A stretch of 64,000 nt of DNA from an uncultured Enterobacteriaceae bacterium (GTDB lineage: Bacteria; Myxococcota_A; UBA9042): positions 22,864-86,863 of the forward strand of contig CAZLMW010000014.1 in assembly GCA_964560875.1 (NCBI GenBank). Reading direction: 5' to 3'. Made by a program: the position numbers and the translations under genes. The notes under the pieces are model-generated. The model was not told the DNA's origin. It searched no databases and saw only the letters and a list, made by a program, of their open reading frames with translations. Numbering within the stretch: the stretch's first letter is position 1; each line of letters opens with the position of its first letter. Of this stretch, positions 27,455-36,073 are shown piece by piece.

Positions 27455-30400
27455 TTGAACACACCGCCGATGGCGATTAGAGTGGCCCGACTCTCCAACC
27501 TCCTGCGATGCAAAGGGCCGCCGCACATCATGTCCGTCTCTGGCTCCAGCCGCGCGCGTTTGCGCAATCTCGCCGCGACCGTCGCGGTCGTTGCGCTGGC
27601 GTTGGCCATGACGACCGGCTGTGGCGCCGACCTGTTGGATCCGGACGAGTTCAAGTACGACGACCCGCAGTCGATGGTCGAAACGGACAGCGCCGCCGAT
27701 GCCGGCCCCAAGGACACGAGCGGCCAGGCCGACACCGGCTCAACCGATGTGGGTGAGGCCAAAGACACAGGCGGCGGCGACAAGTGCCTGACCGATTTTG
27801 ATTGCCTCAACATCCCCGGCAAGACGCCGTGCAAAGTGCCGTGGTGCGATAAGGGCGCGTGCAAGCTCAAGCAGCACAAAGAAGGCACCAAGTGTTCCAA
27901 CCCGCTGGTCACCCTCGGCGAGTGCGAAAAGACGAGCTGCGACGCCAAGGGTCAATGCGTCGTCAACGATCGGCCCGACAAGAAACACTGCGGCTTTGGT
28001 GTCTGCGGCAAACACTGCATGAAGGGCAAGTGCGTGGTGGCGCCGGCGGACGCGTATGACGACGACAACCCGTGCACCAAGGACTTCTGCAAACAGGGCA
28101 GTGAGATCGTGCACGAGCCGTTCACCGACCTCTCGCTGGCCTGCGACGACAACAATCCGTGCACCGAAAAGGAGTACTGCGCGGCGGGTAAGTGCCTGGG
28201 ATCTCCCGCGGATTGATCCGACGGGTTCGACTGCACCATCGACGCGTGCGATCCCAAGTCGGGCTGCGTTGCGACGCCCAACAACAGCGTTTGCGACGAC
28301 AATGATCCGTGCACAAAGGACGGCTGTGATCTCGCAGCGGGCTGCACGGTCACCGGCGTCAATCCGAACGTGAAGTGCGACGACGGCAACGCCTGCACGA
28401 CCAAGGACGCGTGCCGCAAGAACGGCAAGTGCGACGGCGAAAAGACGTGCGCGTGCAAGAAGGACATCGACTGCGACGGCAAGAGCAACAACAAGTGCAT
28501 CGAGCTGATCTGCGAAAACCTGCAGTGCGCGATCGACAAGTCCAAGGCGGTTGTCTGCGACGACAGCAACGACAGCTCGTGCGCCAAGAACACCTGCGAT
28601 CCGGCGCAGGGCAAGTGCGTGATCAAACACCTGGCCGAGGGGCAGACGTGCGACGACGGCAACCCGTGCACCAAGACGTCCAAGTGCAAGGCCAGCCAAT
28701 GCATCGGCTCAGGTGCCGTGACCTGCAATGACAACAACCCCTGCACGACCGACTCGTGCAACCCGGCGGAGGGTTGTGTCTTCGACTTCAAGCCCGGGGC
28801 GTGCGACGACGGCGACAAGTGCACCGAAAACGATAACTGCGACTCGGCCGGTTGCGTCGGCAAAAAGAAGGTCTGCGACGACACGGTGGCCTGCACGTCA
28901 AACGACTGCGACAAGGCGACCGGAAAGTGCCTTTTTCAGGGCAACAACAAGCTCTGCGAAGACAACAACCCGTGCACGATCGATAACTGCGACGAAAAGA
29001 AGGACTGCAGCAACACGCCGCTCAAGGGCGCCACGTGCGACGACGGCGACGCATGCACCAAGGATGCGTGCGAGGAAGGCAAGTGCGTGGTCGTGGACTA
29101 CATCTGCAAGTGCAAAGGCGCCGCGGACTGCGACGACAACAACCCCTGCACCACCGACGCGTGCACCGGCGGCAAATGCGAGAACAAGACCGCCAGGGAT
29201 GGCACCGGCTGCGACACGGCCGATAAATGCCACGCCGCCAAGTCGGGCGTCTGCAAAGCGGGCACGTGCACCGGTGGAAAGCCCAAGGACTGCAGCAAAG
29301 GGCTCGGCCCGTGCGTGTCTGGCAGCTGCAACCCCGCCACCGGCAATTGCGAAAAACTGAACAAGACCGACGGCACGTTGTGCGACGCCGACAAGACCGG
29401 ATGCACGGTCGACGACAAGTGCGTGGTCGGCGCTTGCGTCAAGGGTTCAGCGCCCGATTGCAGCAAGCTGGACGCGCCGTGCGCGAAGGGGACCTGCACG
29501 AGCACCGGCGCCAACACATTCAAGTGCGAGGGCAAGCCGCTGGCCAAGGGAACGGCCTGCGAGGACGGCAAGTTCTGCACCGTCAAGGACTCGTGTGACG
29601 CCGCGGGCAAGTGCCTGTCCGGCGGGGTCAATCCGTGCGGGTCTGCGGGCGACCAGTGCAACACCGGATTCTGCGACACCAAGGCCGACAAGTGCGCCAA
29701 GAAGCCCAAGGAGAACACCGTCAATTGCGTCGACGGCTCGTTCTGCACGGTGCACGACAAATGCGACGGCAAGGGCGTCTGCGGAAGCGGTCAGGCGCGC
29801 GTGTGCCCGGGCGCGACCTGCAAGCTCGGCCGCTGCGATGAGAAGGGCAACAAGTGCTACCACGTCCAGGCGACAGGCGGCGCGGTCTGCAACGACAACA
29901 ACGCGTGCACGACCGTCGACAAGTGCGACAAGGCCGGCAAATGCGTCGGGACCACGCCCAAGACGTGCCCAAGCTCGCCGTGTCGCCTCGCCGCGTGCGA
30001 ATCCAAGAGCGGCGAATGCAAGCTCACCAACGCCAGCAACGGCGCTGCGTGCAACGACGGCAACGCGTGCACCACCGTCGACGCCTGCAGCAATGGCATT
30101 TGCGCGGGCAGCAAACCCAAAGTGTGCGGCGGCGACGCCTGCAACAACGGCGTCTGCAACACGGCATCGGGCGGCTGCGAGAAGAAGCCCAAGGCCGGTA
30201 CCGTCAAGTGCGAGGACGGCACCGCCTGCACCACCGGCGACCTGTGCAAGTCCGGGCAGTGCGTGGCCGGCAAGTACACGTGTGACTGCAAGGTCAACAC
30301 CGACTGCGACGACAAGAACGGCTGCACAGACGACGTCTGCGTGTCGTCGAGCGGCACGAAGCGCTGCGACAACAAGCCCAAGACCAACGCGGGCTGCAAC

Positions 30401-32062
30401 GACGGCAAGGCCTGCACCACCGGTGACAAGTGCAGCAACAGCGGCGTCTGCGTCGGCACGCCCAAGGTCTGCAACGACAGCAAGAGTTGCACGTCAGACT
30501 ACTGCGACACCAAGACCGGCAAGTGCGTGTTCAAGCCGCTGACCGGCCAGAGCTGCAAGGACTCGAGCCTGTGCACGACCAACGACAAGTGCCAATCCGA
30601 TGGCTCCTGCAAGGGCACCGCGATCACCTGCAACGACGGCAACGCGTGCACCAAGGACGCGTGCGTCGCGGCGACCGGCAAGTGCGGGTTCACCAACACC
30701 AGCGGCGGCTGCAGCGACGGCAACGCGTGCACCACGTCCGATTCGTGCAGCGGCGGCAAGTGTTCAGGCAAGGCAAAGAGCTGCAGCGACGGCAACAGCT
30801 GCACCACCGACAAGTGCGACACCAAGACGGGTAAGTGCGGCTACAGCAACACCAACGAGGGCAAATACTGCGCCAGCGGCAAGGCGTGTCTCAAGGGCAA
30901 ATGCACATGCACGTCGAGCCTGTACAAGGGCGGTGATGGCGCGCAGGAGGTCTTCTACGACGCGGCACCGACCGACAGCGGCGGCATCATCGCGGTCGGC
31001 CGCAAGAACCGCAGCGGCAAGGGATATGAGGGCTATTGCCGCGGCATGGGCGATCACGCCAATCACAACGTCGGCGCCCAGCACTACAGCAACTCGTCCA
31101 ACGACGACCAGCTACGCGATATCGCCAAGTTTGCCAGCGGCACCTACCTGGCCGTGGGCAGGTACTACGACTCGGGCATCAAGGATGACGCGGGGTGGCT
31201 GCTCAAGGTCGGCAGCAACTGCAAGGTCTTTCAACATAAGCTCATCAAGGACACCAACGACGACCAGTACTTCGAAGGCGTGGCGTCGGACGGCAACGGC
31301 GGCGCCTGGGTCGTCGGGGCGCGCAAGTACGTCGAGAAGATCAAGCTCCCGTTCCCGGGCGGCACCAAGACGGTCACCCACTGGTGGGGCTGGCACCTGC
31401 ACCTGGACAAGAACCTCAACGTCGTCCGCAACAGCAAATTCCAGCAGGGCAAGGGCATCAAGGCGAAGAAGACGGTGATGACGGCGGTCAAGATCGACAG
31501 CAAGAAGTACAATATCTCGGTCGGTTACACCGATTGGAAGACGCCAGGCGATCGATTCAATGGCTTTGCGACCTATCGCAACACAAACGGCGAAAAGAAG
31601 TGGGAGCGCGACTACGGCGGTAAGGAACACGACCGCTTCCTCGATGTTGCCGTCGAGGGAACCTACGCGTGGATCGCCGGGGACTCCGACGAGTTCAAGT
31701 CGTCCAAGGGCTCGCAGATTTGGCTGGTGAAGATGCGGCTCAGCGACGGAAACCCGACCGTGATCAAGCACTATGGCGGCAGCACCGGGGACACGGCGTA
31801 CGGCATCGAGGTCTACGGCGGCAACCGTGTGCTCGTCGGCAAGTCCGATAAGAGCGGCGTCGCGTACAAGCTCTCGTCGTCCGGTTCGATCTCCAAGAGC
31901 CGCACGTGGAGCGTTTCGGGCGGCAACGTCCTGTGGGAAGGCATCACGCGCCGCAACAACGGGGTCTTCGTGCCGGTCGGACAGGGCTACGGCGGGTCCA
32001 GCAAAGCGCAGGACTTCTGGGCGGCATACCTTGGCACCAACCTCGAGAGCGGGTGCAACTGA
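27455..32062 (+). CDS. giant secreted lipoprotein (1,535 codons), CTDC repeats plus C-terminal beta-propeller-like domain, interrupted by one in-frame TGA at 28214-28216
   Basis: TTG 27455 with AAGGAG SD 8 nt upstream. Lipobox ...VALALAMTTGCG. Track ORFs 27455..28216 and 28370..32062 are in the same frame. The only stop is TGA, at the position of the first conserved Cys of a repeat (...GSPAD*SDGFDCTIDACDPKSGC). The downstream part has no signal peptide of its own. Confidence 0.8.
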
Positions 32063-33087
32063 TGCGGCCGATGCACCACCACCTCGTGTCGCGCATGTTG
32101 ACCGCGCTGCTGGCGCTGGGAGCGTTCGCGACGACATCGACGATCGCGCTGCCAAGCGCCGTCGCCAAGCGCCACAAGAAGCGCAAGAAACACCGCAAAA
32201 AGAAGGCATCCAGGGGCGCGACGACGGTGGCCAAAGATAAAAAGGACGCAGCCAAGCGGGGCGGCACCACTGCTGCTAGCGGGGAGGGCAGCAAGAAGGA
32301 CGACACGATTGCGGTGGACCAGTCCGGCTACCAGGAGGCGGCCAAACAAGCGCTCAGCATCGCCACGTTCCACTACAAGAAGGGCAACTTCAAAGAAGCG
32401 GCGCCGATGTTCCACCAAGCCTACAAGCTACAGCCGCGGGTCGAGTTCTTGTTCAACGCGGCGCGCTGCGAGCAACGATCGATGCAGCTCGACGCCGCCG
32501 AGAAGCACTTTCAGCAGTGCCTCGAGCACAAGGACGCGCCGCCCCAGGTGATCCGGCGGGCCACGGTGCACCTCGGCGAAATCCGATCGATGAAAGCGGC
32601 CCTCAACAAGGCCAACGCGAAGGCCGAAAAGGCGCGCGCTGAAGCCGACGCTGCCAAGAAGGCTGCGGCCAATATCGCCGCTGGCAAGACCGCATCGGGC
32701 CGCGTCAAAGCCGCGCGAAAACCGCTCAACCCGTGGAAGGAGCCCGCCGGCTATGGGGCCGTTGGACTCGGCGTCGTGATGCTCGGTGTCGGCGGCTACC
32801 TGGCGGCCACCTACGCATCGGGCCAGGCCGACCTCGACGCCAAGACCGAGCAACGCGACGACGCCAAGCTCGTCGTGGGCATCGACTGGCAGAGCTACGA
32901 GACCGAGCAGAACGACCTCAACGGCACCGCCGCCATGCGCACCACGCTCCTGCTCGCCGGAACCGCCGCCGCCGCCGCTGGTGTCTGGATGCTGCTCACC
33001 GCCGACGAGCTTGAAGATCCCGCCGCGCCCAAGGTCTCACTGGTCCCGACCAGCGGCCGGTCTGTCGCGCTAACCCTGCAGTTTTAG
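32062..33087 (+). CDS. secreted/membrane TPR-like protein with Lys-rich region, coiled coil and two C-terminal TM helices
   Basis: ATG overlaps the preceding stop (ATGA). Signal peptide MRPMHHHLVSRMLTALLALGAFA, KKRKKHRKKK stretch, TPR-like 'AAKQALSIATFHYKKGNFKEAAPMFHQAYKLQP', and C-terminal TM segments. A paralog is at 60924..61680. Confidence 0.6.
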   Translation: MRPMHHHLVSRMLTALLALGAFATTSTIALPSAVAKRHKKRKKHRKKKASRGATTVAKDKKDAAKRGGTTAASGEGSKKDDTIAVDQSGYQEAAKQALSIATFHYKKGNFKEAAPMFHQAYKLQPRVEFLFNAARCEQRSMQLDAAEKHFQQCLEHKDAPPQVIRRATVHLGEIRSMKAALNKANAKAEKARAEADAAKKAAANIAAGKTASGRVKAARKPLNPWKEPAGYGAVGLGVVMLGVGGYLAATYASGQADLDAKTEQRDDAKLVVGIDWQSYETEQNDLNGTAAMRTTLLLAGTAAAAAGVWMLLTADELEDPAAPKVSLVPTSGRSVALTLQF

Positions 33088-33589
33088 CGTTGTAGGGCCA
33101 GGTGATCTTCTTTTCGTCCCAGCTGTCGTCGGGCACGTAGAACGTCTGCACGTCGCCGTTGTTGCCCCAGGCGTAGCCCTTGAACGCGGTCATCCGAAAC
33201 TCGACCTTCTCCACCTTCGCGCCCGCGGGCAGCGCGCTGAGATCGAAACGCACAAAGCCATAGCGCTTGTTGGCATTGCTTACCGACTGGCCAACGTAGA
33301 TCTCGTTGGACGTCCCATAGTTGCTGCTGCTCGACCCCTTGTAGACCCACGAATCCGCCACGGCCTCGACAGTGACCTCGCCACACACGTTCTTGTCGAA
33401 CCCGCACTTACCGGCCTTGCACTGGTCGCCCTGGGTGCACTTGTTACCGTCGTCGCAAGGCTGGCCGTCAGGCGCCGCGTTGGGGGTGCAAATGCCCGCC
33501 TCCTTCTTGCAGGCGACCGTCTTGATGCACGAATGCGAGACGAAAGGACGACTCTGGACAGCAACGGGAACCCGAGGGGCGCGCATCAT
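32996..33589 (-). CDS. secreted protein: one CTDC-type Cys module plus a beta-sandwich 'DNRLRE-like' domain
   Basis: MMRAPRV... then 'CDDGNKCTQGDQCKAGKC', then 'RYGFVRFDLSALPAGAKVEKVEFRMTA...DDSWDEKKITW', which resembles YxRFDLSxLP carbohydrate-enzyme accessory domains. The start is chosen just downstream of the TlpA stop. The 3' end overlaps the convergent 32062..33087 gene by 92 nt. Confidence 0.45.
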   Translation of the reverse strand: MMRAPRVPVAVQSRPFVSHSCIKTVACKKEAGICTPNAAPDGQPCDDGNKCTQGDQCKAGKCGFDKNVCGEVTVEAVADSWVYKGSSSSNYGTSNEIYVGQSVSNANKRYGFVRFDLSALPAGAKVEKVEFRMTAFKGYAWGNNGDVQTFYVPDDSWDEKKITWPYNAKTAGLARQTGRWSGPVRPWARRDLQARRR

Positions 33590-33617
33590 AACGCATTCGG
33601 GCGGTGAGCCACCCGGT

Positions 33618-34217
33618 TCAACGGCGAGGAATTTTGAGTGTGTCGATTCGCTCGCCAATGTCGGCCTCGTGCGTGACGGTACCGTTGCCATCCACGACGA
33701 GCGTCCGCGGAATGGATGAGACAACGAACGCCTTGTGCGCCTTGCCGGCCGGGTCGTGCAGCACGCGGTAGGTGTGGCCGGACTTGTTCATGTAGGCGCG
33801 GATGTCTTGCACGTCGTCTCCGCTCACGGTGAGCAGCTCGAAACCCTCGGCGGCGGCACGTTTATGCAGGGCGACAAGCTGCGGTGCTTCAGCGAGGCAC
33901 GGTTGGCAATGCGGGCCCCAGAAATGCAGCACGAACGGCTTGCCGGCGAGGTCTTCGGGGATTGCAACACGCGTCACTTCGGGGGTCGCGGTGAGCGGCA
34001 AGACGGCAAGATTGACCGACGGCGCGCGCTGACCTTCGAGCCCGGATGCCGGCCTGGTGTTCTGTTTGAGGCCGATCGCGGTGAACACGGCGGCGGCAGC
34101 GATGCCCAGGGCGAGGAGCGCGCGAATCTTGTCGCGAGCGCCGTCGCGATGCGGGTCGGGTTGGGAGGCGGTCGATGAGGTCGACGATGAGGTCGGGGAG
34201 GGGGCTTGCTGGTTCAT
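33618..34217 (-). CDS. membrane-anchored TlpA/ResA-like thiol:disulfide oxidoreductase (thioredoxin fold)
   Basis: MNQQAPS..., TM segment IRALLALGIAAAAVFTAIGL, then 'FVLHFWGPHCQPCLAEAP' (CxxC) and 'SSIPRTLVVD' (cis-Pro loop). Confidence 0.8.
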   Translation of the reverse strand: MNQQAPSPTSSSTSSTASQPDPHRDGARDKIRALLALGIAAAAVFTAIGLKQNTRPASGLEGQRAPSVNLAVLPLTATPEVTRVAIPEDLAGKPFVLHFWGPHCQPCLAEAPQLVALHKRAAAEGFELLTVSGDDVQDIRAYMNKSGHTYRVLHDPAGKAHKAFVVSSIPRTLVVDGNGTVTHEADIGERIDTLKIPRR

Positions 34218-34255
34218 TTTCGTCAAAGGTCCTGCCTGGCTCGCGCGCCTGCTTC

Positions 34256-36040
34256 TCAGGGAAGCGGCAAGCGGGCGTCGCCGAGTACGTGGTAGCGACC
34301 GTCCATTGTCATCTTGGGAAGGGTCACTCCGGCGCGAACAAGGGCGGTTTGGTCTTCGAACCACAGCGGCACGACCGGCACGTCAGCGGCGATCAGGTGT
34401 TGGGCGCGGGCATACAAGCGGTGACGCTCCTTGCGGTCGAGCACGCTGCGGCCACGTTCGAGCAGGCAATCGACCACGGGTTGATGATAGGACGTGCGAT
34501 TGGCCGATCCGTGACGTTCTGCAAGGCCCAAAGGGGCGAGGGCGAAAGCGCGCATGGCGGCGAGGGAGGCGTCCCGCGACCAGGTTGAGCAGTCGGGATC
34601 GGTGGCGACGGCCGATCGGAAGATTCCGGGCGGCAACGCGCGCCTTTCGATGCGGGCATAAGGGCTCGCAGCGTTGGGATCAGCGGTCTTGATGGCGGCA
34701 TTTTGGCTGTGAAACATCCACGCCAGGAAGTCCGGCTCGAGCGGCTCGGGCAGCAGCAGCAAGAACAGGTCGAAGCGACCGGCCCGCACGTCGGCGAGGA
34801 ACGTGCCGATCTCAAACGACCGCACGACGACGTCGATGCCAACCTTGCCCAGCGCGCGAGCCACAGCGCGACCGACAGCCCGACGTAGCCTGTTGGTGGA
34901 GACCTTCAAGCCGAGCTTCAACCGCACGCCATCGGGGCCACGTTTAAGCCCCGCGTCATCGAGCAGCGCGTTGGCCTTGGCGATGTCGTGAACGGTCGTG
35001 GGCAGCGGCTCGTAGGCCCAATGCTCGGGCGCCATCATCCCTTCGGCCACGCGGGCACGACCGCCAAAGAGGGTCGCCACGATGTGGTCGCGGTCCAGGG
35101 CCATGGCGATCGCGCGGCGCACCCGGTGGTCGTGCAGCTTATCGTGACGCAGGTTCAAGCCCATGTAGGCCCACGCGATGCCGTTGGCGCGAGCGATCGA
35201 GGCGCGACCACCCGTCGTTGCCGAGTCGAGCACCGCCGGGGACAGGCCGCCCATCGCAACATCGCCGCCGCCGCCGAGAACCGACAAAGCCCGCGCCCCC
35301 TCATCCGCGATCGCGCGAAAGACCAGCGAGCGTGGTTGACCGGGTTGGAGCGGTTGGAAGCGGCGGTGTTTTTCGTAGCGGGCGATGACGACGCGGTCTT
35401 TGCGAAACGGGGCCACTAGCCGCCATGGGCCCGAGCCAACCGGGAGTCCCTCAAACCGCTGTTTGGGCGCGTTTTTCAGTCGCCGGGGCGCGATGCCGAG
35501 CACGACATCGGTCAAGAAGGTGGCGAGCGGGCGACGCAGCAGAAAATGCACCACGTACGGGTCGGCCGGGTCCACGACCACCGCCTTGAAGCGGCGCCGG
35601 AAAGCGCCGGAGATGACCGTCCCGAAGGCCGGATCCATCACCGACTGGTAGGTGTACGCGACGTCAGCTCCAGTCAGCGGTGTGCCGTCGTGAAACGTCG
35701 CGTCCTTGCGGATCAGCGCCCGGTAGCTGAGGGGTCGGCCAGCGGCGTCCTTGTCCGGCCCTGGATCGATGCGTTCGGCGAGCACGAGGCGCGGCAGCCC
35801 GGCTTCGTCGATCTCGGTCAGGCCTTCGAAGATGAGGCGGCTGAGGCGGGCCGAGGCGTTGTCCACGGCGAGGCGTGGGTCGAGCGACCGGACCGACGCG
35901 TCCACGACGGCGACAAGCTGGTCGGAAGGACGGTCGGGCCGGCAGCCGAGGGCGAAAACGGTGAGGAGGACGGAGGACCAAAGGAGGCCGTTGGCCGCAG
36001 CATTGATTTGCCCCTCTCTGCAGCGGCAGCTGAACATCAC
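34256..36040 (-). CDS. ABC-transporter substrate-binding lipoprotein, family 5 (peptide/nickel, DppA/OppA-like)
   Basis: Lipobox LLTVFALGCRP. Family-5 SBP length and motifs are present (…GGDVAMGGLSP…, C-terminal …WFEDQTALVRAGV…). Confidence 0.8.
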   Translation of the reverse strand: MMFSCRCREGQINAAANGLLWSSVLLTVFALGCRPDRPSDQLVAVVDASVRSLDPRLAVDNASARLSRLIFEGLTEIDEAGLPRLVLAERIDPGPDKDAAGRPLSYRALIRKDATFHDGTPLTGADVAYTYQSVMDPAFGTVISGAFRRRFKAVVVDPADPYVVHFLLRRPLATFLTDVVLGIAPRRLKNAPKQRFEGLPVGSGPWRLVAPFRKDRVVIARYEKHRRFQPLQPGQPRSLVFRAIADEGARALSVLGGGGDVAMGGLSPAVLDSATTGGRASIARANGIAWAYMGLNLRHDKLHDHRVRRAIAMALDRDHIVATLFGGRARVAEGMMAPEHWAYEPLPTTVHDIAKANALLDDAGLKRGPDGVRLKLGLKVSTNRLRRAVGRAVARALGKVGIDVVVRSFEIGTFLADVRAGRFDLFLLLLPEPLEPDFLAWMFHSQNAAIKTADPNAASPYARIERRALPPGIFRSAVATDPDCSTWSRDASLAAMRAFALAPLGLAERHGSANRTSYHQPVVDCLLERGRSVLDRKERHRLYARAQHLIAADVPVVPLWFEDQTALVRAGVTLPKMTMDGRYHVLGDARLPLP

Positions 36041-36073
36041 GAGACTGCGGCTACCGGCCGGAGGTAAGCCGCC

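Noticed and set aside
28217-28290. Selenocysteine insertion (SECIS) hairpin downstream of the in-frame TGA
   Set aside because: Only a weak 4-bp stem (gcac-N9-gugc) is found. No stable stem-loop with the expected spacing is visible by eye. Sec therefore remains a hypothesis to test, not a call.
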